Shown piece after piece: positions 13,331-26,364 of a stretch of 64,000 nt of DNA. The notes below the pieces were generated by a model that was given only the letters and a program-made list of their open reading frames with translations, did no database searches and was not told where the DNA came from. The stretch covers positions 42,222,001 to 42,286,000 of the forward strand of contig OX597828.1 of assembly GCA_951406725.2 (NCBI GenBank). The letters are read 5' to 3'. The DNA comes from Octopus vulgaris. Its lineage: Eukaryota. Both the position numbers and the translations under genes were made by a program. Numbering within the stretch: the first letter of the stretch is position 1; each line of letters begins with the position of its first letter.

Positions 13331-13769
13331 GGAATGAAAAGCTAAAGGCTCAGACGCTTGAAACCGTCGAGGCGCATTTTGGATATGCTTACAGGATTTA
13401 TCAATGTCAAAGAACTGTAAATATTAGATATGAAAATACAATAACGTCCTTTTATTTTCAGGCGGGAAAGATATCTAAATAGTTTTTTTTTAAATTTTTA
13501 TTGCATCCTGTTTCACTCAGCGGGAATTAAAATAATTTGGCTGCGATAATTTAGAATGATAAACAAAATAAATAAATAAAGTAAACTAAAATCTTAATGA
13601 ATTCGTCAAAATCGTTCATGATTTCCAGATGAGGCAAAATGTAGCGTACGTATGGATGGATGGATGGATGGATGGATATATGTCTGCATGTGCTTGCATG
13701 TGCATGGGTCATGTAAATATGCATGCGCATAAACACACACACATACATATATATGTATATATATATATA

Positions 13770-13812
<43 letters not shown>

Positions 13813-13885
13813 ATGCACACATGCCATAGATACTGATATTAGATGTCATAAGTAAATACTTCCTTACTGATTCGGCATATATATA

Positions 13886-13958
<73 letters not shown>

Positions 13959-13988
13959 GTATATATATATGTATATATACATATATAC

Positions 13989-14065
<77 letters not shown>

Positions 14066-14384
14066 TGAATGAATTATCCTATGTTTACCGTCAACATGGA
14101 AAATTCGTTTAACCGAAACCTGGGTAGCAAATTCACGTCAGAAACACGGTTGAAGCGACCTGTCCAAGGGTAGAAACTCCGGGTTCATGTGCAGAAATTT
14201 GTGTGTTGTATATGAATAAATGAAAGAATGGAGTCGAACGAAGTTGTTAACAAAATTCCTTTACTCTCGACATATGTTTCGGAATTTAATTCGTCTTGAC
14301 AGTATCAGACTTTAAAATGTAAACAACGGGGTCGTTTTGTTCGACTAAACCCTGCAAATGACCGTAAAAATACCTTTCTAAGCA

Positions 14385-14652
14385 TTGTTTGTATGTTTGT
14401 TCCTTCTCGAGCCATGCCTGGTTCATAAGGGCCGGTTTCCCGGTTTCAATGGCTTATAGGTTCCCTACCTGGACAGGTGAGATGCAGGAGGAAAGAGTGA
14501 GAGAAAATTGTGGCGAAAGAGTCAGCAGAAGTTCGCCATTACCTTTTGCCGGGGCCGCGTGGGGCTTAGGTGCTTTCGCTCATAATCACACACATCGCCC
14601 GGTCTGAGATTCGAACCCGCGATCCCTCGACCGCGAGTCCGCTGCTCTAACT
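14385..14652 (-). mobile_element. SINE family C variant
   Basis: Head similarity (CGCGAGTCCGCTGCTCTAAC) with an alternative tail. Confidence 0.7.
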
Positions 14653-14662
14653 ATTAGATTAT

Positions 14663-15060
14663 GTGGCTGTGTGGTAAGTAGATTGTTTACCAACCACATG
14701 GTTCCGGGTTCAGTCCCACTGCGTGGCACCTTGGGCAAGTGTCTTCTACTATAGCCTCGGGCCGACCAAAGCCTTGTGAGTGTATTTGGTAGACGGAAAC
14801 TGAAAGAAGCCCGTCGTATATATGTTTATATATGTATGCGTGTCTGTGTTTGTGTGTCTGTGTTTGTCCCCCTAGCATTGCTTGACAGCCGATGCTGGTG
14901 TGTTTATGTCCCCGTTACTTAGCGGTTCGGCAAAAGAGACCGATAGAATAAGTACTGGGCTTACAAAAGAATAAGTCCCGGGGTCGATTTGCTCGACTAA
15001 AGGCGGTGCTCCAGCATGGCCGCAGTTAAATGACTGAAACAAGTAAAAGAGTAAAAGAGA
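14663..15060 (+). mobile_element. SINE family A, near full length
   Basis: Head, CCTTGGGCAAGT core, internal TA/TG tract, GTAAAAGA tail repeats. Confidence 0.9.
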
Positions 15061-15472
15061 AAGTATATAAAAAAAATTCTCTCTCGTATTTTCGCTAGGA
15101 CCCCAGTTACGAAGTTCGTAAAAGACTCTGACAAATTTTTTGTTTGACATCCTGTAACATATTACTACCGAAGAATCTAACAGCTTCTATCGGAAGCTTT
15201 ACATCTCCAGGAAATAATTCTTTTGCTCTTTCGCAATATCTACTTCAGTCAAGTGAGCGCTTCCTCTAATATCAAAATTTTCTTGCTACCTTAACTTATC
15301 TTCCAAGCCTTGACAAGTTAACCTCAGTTTATTTTTATCTGGCAAATCTTTTAATGCTGTTTTAAAACCCCTGTGTGTTATTTATATTGAAATTTTGTCA
15401 CTATTCAAATTTATATTTTTTCTTTTATTCGCTTGTTCGTTCATTCTTTTATTCGTTACTCTCTCTCTCTCT

Positions 15473-15876
15473 CTTTACTCTTTTACTTGTTTCAGTCATT
15501 TGACTGCGGCCATGCTGGAGCACCGCCTTTAGTCGAGCAACTCGACCCCGGGACTTATTCTTTTTGTAAGCCCAGTACTTATTCTATCGGTCTCTTTTTG
15601 CCGAACCGCTAAGTTGACGGGGACGTAAACACACCAGCATCGGTTGTCAAGCAATGCTAGGGGAACAAACACAGACACACAAACACACACACATACATAT
15701 ATATACATATATACGACAGGCTTCTTTCAGTTTCCGTCTACCAAATCCACTCACAAGGCATTGGTCGGCCCGGGGCTATAGCAGAAGACACTTGCCCAAG
15801 ATGCCACGCAGTGGGACTGAACCCGGAACCATATGGTTGGTTAGCAAGCTACTTACCACACAGCCACTCCTGCGCC
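15473..15876 (-). mobile_element. SINE family A, full length
   Basis: Reverse complement of 14663-15060, forming a close inverted pair with it. Confidence 0.9.
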
Positions 15877-16114
15877 TGTTCGTTCTTTTATTCTTTTATT
15901 CTTTTATATTTTTTCTTGCTACAGTCATTGGACGGCGGCCGCACTGTATAACCGACTTGCAGGGTTTAGTCGAACAAAACGACCCCGTTGTTTACATTTT
16001 TAAGTCTGATACTGACACTGCTGGCCTCGTTTGCCGAACCGCTATGTTATGGAAACATAAAAAAAATACCATTTTATGAACGGTGAGAAGATAAACACAA
16101 AGGCAGAAACACAT

Positions 16115-16187
<73 letters not shown>

Positions 16188-16198
<11 letters not shown>

Positions 16199-16485
16199 TG
16201 AAGTTGTGTGAGTGTCTGTCTCCTACGATTTAGATTCCTAACTACTCCCACATTTTGCGGTGCAGGTTTAACCAAAACCGGGTATCTTATAGTCGTGATT
16301 CATATCGAGCCCTTCTGGATATTAGCGCGTGTCTACGATGAGTCTACGATTTAAAAAAAAATTTACCATCATTTTTTCCCATTTTTAATGCATTTTTTGC
16401 TATTATATAAGGGAAGTAACTCTCTAAAAATGCTTATATAGTTATTTCCCTAACAAGCCCGAGCGCCGCCGGGCGATACTGCTAG
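16188..16485 (+). mobile_element. Non-autonomous Helitron
   Basis: Same family as 11354-11749, with 3' hairpin and CTAG. Confidence 0.85.
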
Positions 16486-16525
<40 letters not shown>

Positions 16526-17388
16526 TACATAAACATATATACAAGCAAATTTCCAAATATATATATTTATATGAAAATGTTTCTAAAAAAGATAGAAGTA
16601 ACGCTGTTTATTAAAATATTGAAACCTATTCTGAACGGAAATAACAGCAATACTATAACAACCAGTTAATGAAGTGGATTAGAAAAAAATATCTCTAGCA
16701 TATAAATATAAACAAATTACAGAATATCGGTACGCCTGGCAAACAGTGATGTTTAAGCTGCATGCGGATTGGTCAAAAAGGTATTTTAAAAATTCAGCTT
16801 CTTGGAGCGTTCTAAGAGGTACTAAAATTATCAAGGACTCAACTGTCAGTTAAACACATTTGAAATTTGATGGTTACACTATGTATGTAAGCGCTAATTT
16901 AATTCATGAGCATTAGAGAAAAAGTTTTTAGTATTAAAATACCATGATTAAAAAGTGAAGACCAGGCAATTTTGTAACTTTATTCAATTGATATATTATT
17001 CTATACACATTCACACAAATTCAAAACAAAACATAAGTGTGTGTGTGTGTGTGTGTGTGTGGCGTTAGGAAGGGCATCCAGCTGTAGAAAGCATGGCAAA
17101 ATAGACAATGGGAGGTAATCTATTGAATAGTTAGCACACCTGTCAAAATGCTTAACGGCATTCTGAGAACAAATTACACTGAGGTCGACTTTGTCATTCA
17201 CATTTTCGGGATCGATAAAATAAGAACCAGTTAAACACTGGGGACGATGCAATCGACTTAAATTCTCCTCCAGAATTGCTGACCTTGTGCCAAAAGTGTG
17301 AAACCAATATTACATTGAACATATTTTTAAAAAATCCTCTTCCGAGATCAACTGAATTTGATATCTCTTTAATGCAAAAACTTATTTT

Positions 17389-17819
17389 GGATCTTTTCGG
17401 TTTGAACGGCAGTTTTTAACGTAATTTCTAGGTAACAAAAAAATTTAAACTTCGTATACTGGTAGAATCTGTTTATAAAACATATTTTCCTCTTGGCTTT
17501 ATTGAGAAAATTCTATAGTTTGTAAGATATTTGTTGGGTGTTTTTTCTTCAATTTCTGCAATTTCAACCAATCACTGACGTCTATTGAGGTGAAAAAAAA
17601 CATTCTGTGCCGTATGAATATGTCCCTCGTTTAAGAAACAGATTGGGTTTATTTACATTTGTGAAGAAAAAAAGATGCCCTTCCCCCCACTCCTAACCGT
17701 AACTAACCCTAACCCCAAAACAGATTAAAATGCAATAGATCGATACTAGGGTCATGATTATGGATGACAATTTCATATGACACCGCTAGAAAAAACTGCC
17801 GTTCAAATCGAAAAGATCC
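17389..17819. mobile_element. MITE with ~30-bp TIRs and 8-bp TSD (Merlin/MULE-like)
   Basis: GGATCTTTTCGGTTTGAACGGCAGTTTTT ... AAAAACTGCCGTTCAAATCGAAAAGATCC, with TSD CTTATTTT on both sides. Confidence 0.85.
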
Positions 17820-18513
17820 CTTATTTTTTTGTCTTGGCGTATTCTTTTCCTTCTAAAACTGGAATCTCTGTCCAATTCTTCAGCGAGATAAATCTTTCGT
17901 TGATGTTAGTACTTTACATGTTCATTAGCATGGCAGCGAATTAAGTAATTAGCGATTATATTAATCAATAATATAGACAGTTCAACAGAGGAGTTCTGCA
18001 TTGTTTTATTGACATCATACCAACGATTCCTCATCAAGCGAAAACTGTGACTTCTATATTCATGATGCAATAGTTTCGATTCCTGCTGTATAACCAGATC
18101 AAAAGCTGCTATTTGCGCTTCTCAAATTCCAGTAATTTCAAACTTACTGACATTGACACCTTTCTAGTCTTCACTTCTATTTAGTTTCTCATAAAGGTTT
18201 GGTATCGAACCATTTAACATACTTTTCAGTACATACCCTCATACAGGACAAGCCGCAAACAAAATGCATTAGTACTTGACAGTACCAAGAAATGAAATGT
18301 AAGGATACCAGAAAACGTGTTGCACTATTCTCAAGTACTAAATGCAGCCTACGACGTATATAAGGCATTATACAACAAGATTGAATTTTTCCTTCATGAC
18401 TCGTTCTCAACTCTTTCATCATTTTCTGTTCATATTTGAACGATTATCGTATTCCTGGCCTCCGCAAAAATCTAGCTTCCTTCCCCTCTCTCTCTCTCTT
18501 CCTTTCTCTCTCT

Positions 18514-18550
<37 letters not shown>

Positions 18551-19157
18551 TTCTCTCTCTCTACTTCTGTCTCTCTTTCTCTCTTCCACTTTCTCTAAGG
18601 AAACTCAAGTATTCTTTCCCATAATCACGTGTCTGTAGTATCTATAATTGGTTTATAGCTGACGAGAAGTTCCGTTTTGGAAATGTTTCCTATACCTAAA
18701 AGTTGTTCCATATGACTAATATCAGACATCCATTCCAAGTCATAAAGGGGGAAATATCTGGCTTCTTTAGCTCGGTTTTGATATATTTTCTTACGCCGCA
18801 TTTCCCAACAAATCGATTATTTCATTCAAAACATTTTTGCCACAATAGCGAAGCTGTTTCTTTATACGCAATACAATGTAAAATTTTGTGCATTGTCTGA
18901 CTACATTTTATGAGCAGATCAACAAGACAACAAAAAAAAAAAAAAAAAAAAAAAGAAAAAGGAAAGAAAAGGAAGAAAAACCCTCTTACGTTTGAAATTC
19001 CTCTGAAAGCCAAATTGTGTTCTGCTAAAATAATACAACCCTATACACCTTAAACCGGTATTTCTCAATCACTTTTGCCTCTGGATCCTTTTGATCCCTC
19101 TTGTACTTGGGCAGACCACTATGCGCCATTCAACATTCGAAGGGAATCCTATTATAG

Positions 19158-19303
19158 GCGCAGGCGTGGCTGTGTGGCAAGAAGCTTGCTTCCCAGTGAC
19201 ATGGCCCCGGGCTCAGTGCCATTGCGTGGCACCTTCGACAACCAGGGCCAACTAAAGCCTTGTGACTGGATTTGGTAGACGGAAACTGAAAGAAACCCGT
19301 TGT
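19158..19303 (+). mobile_element. SINE family A 5' half
   Basis: Head similarity. Confidence 0.75.
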
Positions 19304-19545
19304 ACATACAGACGTACATACATACATACATACATACATACATACATACACACATAGGAAATACAGTGTACCTTTAAACACATTAAGAGGTGTCCATCAT
19401 AGGACTCCCTTACGCTAGAAAGAACAGCTAAAGTCCAACCCACTAATTAGGGATAAATTCTCGAAGGGAATGAAAAATAAAAATATTTACCATCTATTTC
19501 CTTTCTAATACATACATACATACATGCATACATACATGCATACAT

Positions 19546-19576
<31 letters not shown>

Positions 19577-19616
19577 TACATACATACGTACATACATACA
19601 TACATACATACATACA

Positions 19617-19647
<31 letters not shown>

Positions 19648-19939
19648 GTACTTACATACATACATATCTATATGTTGTTTAAAAAAATGTCCGTTTCCTT
19701 GGTTTTGTTTTTATGCTTTCGTTTCTCCTTGTGTTCGACGTTTTTTTTTTTTGGTGTCCTGTACCCATATATGCATGTATATATATAGACGTAGGTACGT
19801 ACATAAATGTATGTATATATGCATATGTTTTATTTATTATTTTGTTGATGGAACGCCACGCATCCACTTCCAAGTAAGTTTTATCTTATACATATATATA
19901 TATGTGTGCGTGTGTGTGTGTGTGTGTGTGTATGTGTGT

Positions 19940-19989
<50 letters not shown>

Positions 19990-20035
19990 GTAAAAAAGTC
20001 AAAAGGAGGAGTAAGTACGGTTAGGCAGGTTTTTA

Positions 20036-20157
20036 ATCGCTACAAATGTTTCGATACATACAGATCCTCGTATATACAGGATTTAAAGTTACGATTAAAT
20101 TATATTATGTAACGATTTACCTGTATAAGAAGACCTATATGTATCTCTTCAGGCGAT
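20036..20157 (-). ncRNA. Type I HHR with very long stem II
   Basis: AUCGC-CUGAAGA-GAUACAUAUAGGUCUUC...GAGGAUCUGUAUGUAUC-GAAAC-AUUU-GUA-GCGAU. Confidence 0.75.
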
Positions 20158-20218
20158 ACTCAGTTGCTGCCCCCGTAAGTCAATCCAGGTTTCCATACTA
20201 CAACATCCATACAACAAA

Positions 20219-20337
20219 CGCTGAGGAGATACATATAGATCTTCTTATACAAGTAAATCGTTGCATAATTTAATTTAAACTTACCTTTAAATCCTGTATA
20301 TACGAGGATCTGTATGTATCGAAACATTTGTAGCGAT
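20219..20337 (+). ncRNA. Type I HHR with very long stem II (stem I truncated at junction)
   Basis: CUGAGGA-GAUACAUAUAGAUC...GAUCUGUAUGUAUC-GAAAC-AUUU-GUA-GCG. Confidence 0.6.
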
Positions 20338-20657
20338 TAAAAAGCTGCCTAATCGTATTTACTCTTCCTTTTGACTCTTTTAGTTTTTGCTTTTATTATT
20401 TCCACACACGAGGAATACCTAAGACTAGAATTGGTAGCATACCATAAGAATACTACTGGCTATTTGGGAATTCTAAGGGTGAACGAGCTCTATTTGTACT
20501 CTTATACGTTATTAACAAAACACACCTCAACAGTATATATATATATATATTTAAAGTTAATCCAAATATGAAAACACAAAGAGAAAAACACAACAACGCG
20601 AGGACGAGGAACAAATATTGTATTATTGGACGCTCAGGAAGGAAGTGAAGAAGGAGG

Positions 20658-20692
20658 GTATAACGTTTCGAGCGGAGCTCTTCGTCAGAAAC
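20658..20692 (-). ncRNA. Minimal HHR motif in short element ~20560-20770
   Basis: CUGACGA-A-GAGC-UCC-GCUC-GAAAC-GUU. Stem I is weak. Confidence 0.55.
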
Positions 20693-20889
20693 ATAGGAAA
20701 AGGAAAGATCCAGAGAAGGGAAGACGGAGGGAAAAAAATCGCCGACGGTGCACACGCGGTCACATTTTGAATGTATGTATATAGTCGCAGATATTTCATA
20801 GTCCCAGATATCGCGATCATGTGTAGTATATTAAGTAAGGATTTACGATCTCTCCCCAAGATTCGAAGTTCAGCCATACTTTGCCCTTG

Positions 20890-21200
20890 ACTAGTTAGTA
20901 TATATATCCTGTGGCTCCAATCGTAATAGGCATGCAGCTGAAAGTGTGTCTTGGGTACTGGATTTGCAAACTCCTTATCAATGGTACACAGACGACCTCT
21001 TTCTCTTGTATTTTTCTAACCACATTGGTGTCCAGAGGGCACTTCATTTTCACAACAAACATGTCGTTTCCTTGTGATCTCATAAAACAATATCTGGCGA
21101 GTTGTGTTTTAACTTGGTGGCAGTTTTAATTTTCAAGTTCAACCAGAATTTTTTTTGATCCATCGGTTTCAACATGTTCAACTTCATCTGTAGGTGTTTC
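20890..21200 (-). mobile_element. R4/Dong-like non-LTR retrotransposon remnant, restriction-like endonuclease domain
   Basis: KFWLNLKIKTATKLKHNSPDIVL then CPLDTNVVRKIQEK..LQIQYP..PITIGATG (PD..D RLE signature), with stop and frameshift. Confidence 0.75.
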
Positions 21201-22219
21201 CTTTTTGTTTGTATGTTTGTATGCATGCATGTATGTATGTATGTATGTATGTATGTATGTATGTATGTATGTATGTATGTATGTATGTATGTATGTATAT
21301 AGCTATGTATATAGCTATGTATACATGTATGTATGCATTCATGCATGTTCGTATGCTTTCATGTATGCATGCATATATGTATGTGGTATGTATGTATGTG
21401 TATGTATGCATATATGTATGTATATGGTATGTATGCATGTATGAATGTATGCGTGTATGAAGGCATCCATGTATGTATGTACGTATTTATACATGCCTAC
21501 ATGTATGTATGCATTCATGCACGTATGTATGTATACATGCATAGATGTATGCATGCACGTATACATGTATATATGTATGCATGCATGTATGCATGTATGA
21601 GTGCATGTATGTATGTATATATGTATGCATGTATGTATGTATATATATATCTATATATATATATACATCTGTATGTATACACATACTCATACATAAGCGA
21701 TTCTTCATCTCTTCCCTTCTAAAGATCTCCCCTTTCCCCTTCTTTCCTCCATCCCTCTCTTCCATACCCCTATTCCTACACTTTTCTCTTCATCTCCCAT
21801 CAACCCTTCTTCCCCTCCACCAACAAATAAAAAAAAAACATTTCTTCATCAAACAGCCCTCCACCTATTCCCAACCCTACCCAAAAGCCAACAACATCCA
21901 ATACACGTACCACGAGGAATTTCCATATGCACCTATATTTAATTAATGTCAAAAGCCGTTAATTAACTAAAGATGGATTTGCACCGGTTTTTGTTACACA
22001 TGGTGTAACTTGCTACCCTGCAAATAAGTGCACCTTGATGTTAACGATGCACTCGCTTTTAAGAAAAGCTGGTTTCCTTACTTTTACACAGAATTATGAC
22101 TTAATCACTCAGTTAGGGGTTGGCTTTTCTTAACACATCACAGAAATACACATGCACCCAGGTGCATGTAAGCGCACGCATATGACTGGATATATGCACT
22201 CACAAACATTGACACACAG

Positions 22220-22251
<32 letters not shown>

Positions 22252-22288
22252 ACACACACACATTACATACATTATATGATGGTTTCAA

Positions 22289-22868
22289 GGGCGGTGAACT
22301 GGCAGAATCGTAGGCACGCCGGGCGAAATGCTTTGCGGTATTTCGTCTGCTGTTGCGTTCTGATTTCAAATTCCGCCGAGGTCGACTTTGCCTTTCATCC
22401 GTTCGGGGTCGATAAATAAAGTACCAGTTACGCACTGGGGTCGATGTAATCGACTTAATCCGTTTGTCCCCTCTGTGTTTAGCCCCTTGTGGGTAGTAAA
22501 GAAATAGGTATTTCGTCTGCCGTTACGTTCTGAGTTCAAATTCCGCCGAGGTCGACTTTGCCTTTCATCCTTTCGGGGTCGTTAAATTAAGTAACAGTTT
22601 CGCACTGGGGACGATGTAATCGTCTTAATCCCTTTGTCTGTCCTTGTTTGTCCTCTCTATGTTTAGACCCTTGTGGGCAATAAAGAAATAGGTATTTCGT
22701 CGGCTGTTACATTCTGAGTTCAAATTCCGCCAATATTGCTTTTCATCCTTTCAGGGTCGATTAAATAAGTACCAATTATGCATTGGGGTTATTGTAATCG
22801 ACTTATTCCCTTTGTCTGTCCTTGTTTGTTCCCTCTATGTTTAGCCCCCTGTGGGTAATAAAGAAATA
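22289..22868 (+). mobile_element. SINE family B with triplicated body
   Basis: One head, body repeated at ~22338, ~22508 and ~22691, 16-bp TSD TATATGATGGTTTCAA. Confidence 0.9.
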
Positions 22869-22884
22869 TATATGATGGTTTCAA

Positions 22885-23085
22885 ATTTTGGCACAGGGAC
22901 AACATTTTTTAGGGGTAGGGTAAGCCGATTACATCGACCCAGGTGTACATCTGGTACTTATTTAATTGACTCCACGAGAGGGATGAAAGGCAAAGTTGAC
23001 CTCGGCGGAATTTGAACTCAGAACGTCAAGCCGGGCGATATGCCGTTAAGAATTTTGCCCGGCGTGCTTAACCATCTTGCCAGCT
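22885..23085 (-). mobile_element. SINE family B, older copy
   Basis: Reverse complement of head and body. Confidence 0.8.
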
Positions 23086-23260
23086 AACCTGGTTTGAGAA
23101 ACCCAAACTGTCCGACAAAGGGGAACGTGATACTCTGAGTAACAGCTTTTCTGATGTCTTTGCAGTTTTATTAATAAAGCATATTACCCTACCTCCTCTA
23201 TTCGAGTACTATTTTTTCCACCTTGGTTCAATTTTATGAGCTTACTCTGGTATATATATT

Positions 23261-23332
<72 letters not shown>

Positions 23333-23595
23333 TGTTGCAAACTCGTATGTTTACATGTGTTCATGTAGATAGTTGCCGACATAATATTGACTTCTTGTTC
23401 ATATGTAAATGGATGTGAACATAAACACACATGTCCAACACACACACACACACATACACACACACACAAATATATATATATACACTCACAGAGGTACACA
23501 GAAAATTATACACATACAAATGTATAGACACAGAAGCTTTAAAAATGGCATTTCCTGAATTAATTAATAATTTACAACTTTCTGTGCGCACTTCA

Positions 23596-23693
<98 letters not shown>

Positions 23694-23874
23694 CTGTTTG
23701 AAATGGCAGCTGATGCTCACATGTGTAATACCTTTCACTGACGTAGGGACATGCTGAATATTTTGGGGTTGCGGGAGACCATCGGTTTTGCCGTTCACGT
23801 TGTAACAAACATCCACTCTTAACTAGAAATAGTAAAGCCATCGCAATATAATGTTATGTAAGTGTCATTATCCT

Positions 23875-24103
23875 TTTGTTCTTTCACTTGTTTCAGTCAT
23901 TTGACTGCAGCCATGCTGGAGCATCGCCTTAAAGGATTTTTTGGGGTTTTTTTCTTAGTCGAACAAAGCGACCCGAGGTCTTATTCGTTGTAAGCTTAGC
24001 ACTTGTTCTATCGGTTACTTTTCCCGAACCGCTAAGTTACGGGGACGTAAATACACTAGCATCGGTTTTCAAGAGACGATGGTGGGGGTACAAACACAGA
24101 CAC
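23875..24103 (-). mobile_element. SINE family A 3' half
   Basis: Matches 15473-15680. Confidence 0.8.
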
Positions 24104-24153
24104 GCTAGTCACTAAACATTCTTTATTTTCTCTCCTTGTTTCTTTCTGTGTTC

Positions 24154-24189
24154 CTTTCTGTAGAAGAGCGTAGGCTCGAAACGTTAAAG
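24154..24189 (+). ncRNA. Minimal HHR motif, CUGUAGA core, in short element ~24115-24290
   Basis: CUUU-CUGUAGA-A-GAGC-GUAG-GCUC-GAAAC-GUU-AAAG. Confidence 0.6.
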
Positions 24190-25300
24190 ACGTTTTCACT
24201 TCCCGAGCGTTATACTAACACACCTGCTTGTTGTGTACACCACCGGTCTTCGTCTTTTGTTTCTTTTTTTTTGTGAATTCTCTCCCTATATATACGTGAG
24301 AGAGTTGGTGTGTGAAAGCACGTGGTTCGATGTATAAAAAAATAAAAAAGAGTGAAAAAACTACAGAAGGCTTGTGTTATAAGGTTAAAGAATATATTTA
24401 AGTCGTTATGGTAGAAAAATGTTATAAAATTTTGTGTATAGTAACATAGTTTTTGGAGAAATAACCGGTTTCGTAGATTATTTTCGAATTTCTCAAATTT
24501 CTTTACCTACATCGTGTCATGTCTTCGCGTGAAGTGAAGAGTTCCAGACAAGGGAAGGTAATGAGGGATTTCTTCCGGTATAAGGGAGATAATCGCTTTA
24601 TATTTTTTCTTTTTTTCAACAAGATGAGTTTCCTCGTATAAAAATGTTAGAATGGTTAAATTTTTGTTTATATTTTTCAATGAAGAATGTTTCCTTGTTT
24701 AATCTAATTTGTGTTGGTGTTTCAGTAGCACATTGATAGAATGGTAAGATAAAAAAATTGTGGTAGTAGTTCCTTTGCGCATTTTTCAATATGTTCACTA
24801 AAGGGTATCATTCTGTATTCTGGAAATGCAATCTGTTGTTGATGCAGAGTGCATCTGCGTCTGAGCGATAATCCCGTGGACCCTATGTAGTGTTGATGGC
24901 AGCCCGAGCATCTTATGACATAAATTAAACACACACATACACACACACACGAACACACACACATATAGATATATATATATACACATACATATAGATACAT
25001 ATATACACATATATATGCATATATGTATGCCGTGTGTATGTGTATATTTGTATACATATATACATATATATATATATACATGCATGTATGTATGCATGTA
25101 TGCATGTTTGTATGTATGTATATATATGTGTCTATATATACATACATTAATTTATATGCACACATTCATATATATGCATAAATATATGCTATAAATACAA
25201 ATACACACAAACACACACACACACATATTAGAGAAAATGAGATAACAAAGCTAAGGCTGTGAGTAGTTTTCAGAACATTTATAATGAAAAAGATACAGTT

Positions 25301-25354
25301 ATAGTCTTACAGTTGTTTCTGGGATATTATGGCTATCCCTTCATCAGAGACTAT
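25301..25354 (-). ncRNA. Type I hammerhead ribozyme, canonical core
   Basis: AUAGUCU-CUGAUGA-A-GGGAUA-(7 nt)-UAUCCC-A-GAAAC-AACU-GUA-AGACUAU. Stem I is 7 bp. Confidence 0.8.
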
Positions 25355-25511
25355 GTGAAATGGTTTGGGTCTTGCATGCTAAAACAAGGCCCACATTAGA
25401 CTCCTCACTTATTATTATTACGGTCGGTCCATAGCACTTAGTTACCTGCCACTCTTTGGGTCTTCTAGATACCATTACCTCACACATATATATATGTGTG
25501 TGTGTGTGTGT

Positions 25512-25820
25512 GGAGGCGCAATGGCCCAGTGGTTTGGGCAGCTGACTCACGGTCGTAGGATAGTGGTTTCGATTCCCAGACCAGGCATTGTGAGTGTTTA
25601 TTGAACAAAAACACCTAAAGCTCCACGAGGCTCCGGCAGGGGGTGGTGGTGAATCCTGCTGTACTCTTTCACCACAACTTTCTCGCACTTATTCTTTCTG
25701 TTTCTGTTGTACCTGTATTGCAAAGGGCCAACCTTGTCACTCTGTGTCACGCTGAATATTCCCGAAAACTACGTTAGGGGTACACGTGTCTGTGGAGTAC
25801 TCAGCCACTTGCACGTTAAT
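25512..25820 (+). mobile_element. SINE family C
   Basis: tRNA-like head with A and B boxes. Matches 55842. Confidence 0.85.
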
Positions 25821-26273
25821 AAATGAGCTCTGACGTCACTGGTGCCAAGCTGTATCAGCCTTTGCCTTTCTTTTGGATAACATCAGTGGCGTGGAGAGGG
25901 AAGGCCGGTATACGTGGGAAACTATTGGTCTTCCATAAACAACCTTGTGCAGACTTGTGCTTCGGAGGGTTACTTTCTAGGTGCAATCCCATGGTCATTC
26001 AAGACCGAAAGGGGGTCACAACAATATATATATACTGTATATTTAGGGTGAATACTTGATAAGTATAAGCACCTGTATACGCCAGCTAGTGGCAGAGGTG
26101 ACAGTACGGACAGATTTTCGAAATCTAATGATACCCTACACGTCTATTTGGTTGTGAAATTTTACAAATACACTTTCTCAGGGATATATGATATACCCAT
26201 TATTATGGATAATACTACATGTACTTTTTATATTTTTCATAGTGTGATGTAACTCTTTGGAATAGCAATGCAT

Positions 26274-26364
26274 GCGGCTGAACAGAGCTTTAAACCATCT
26301 CTTATATCTGTTATACACTGATATAAGAATAGGTCGTTTATAAAGCTTGAAACACGTGTACCGC
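26274..26364 (+). ncRNA. HHR fold with extended stem II and G8C core change
   Basis: GCGG-CUGAACA-GAGCUUUA...UAAAGCUU-GAAAC-ACGU-GUA-CCGC. Confidence 0.6.

Larger units (their letters stand above)
19995..20378. mobile_element. Fold-back element: ~160-bp inverted arms, each carrying an HHR
   Basis: Arms 19995-20154 and 20219-20378 are near-perfect reverse complements around a ~64-bp spacer. Confidence 0.85.

Noticed and set aside
17692-17716. Interstitial telomere
   Set aside because: Only 2-3 imperfect units, and they lie inside a MITE.
22338-22868. CRISPR-like regular repeats
   Set aside because: These are tandem SINE bodies without unique spacers, in a eukaryotic context.
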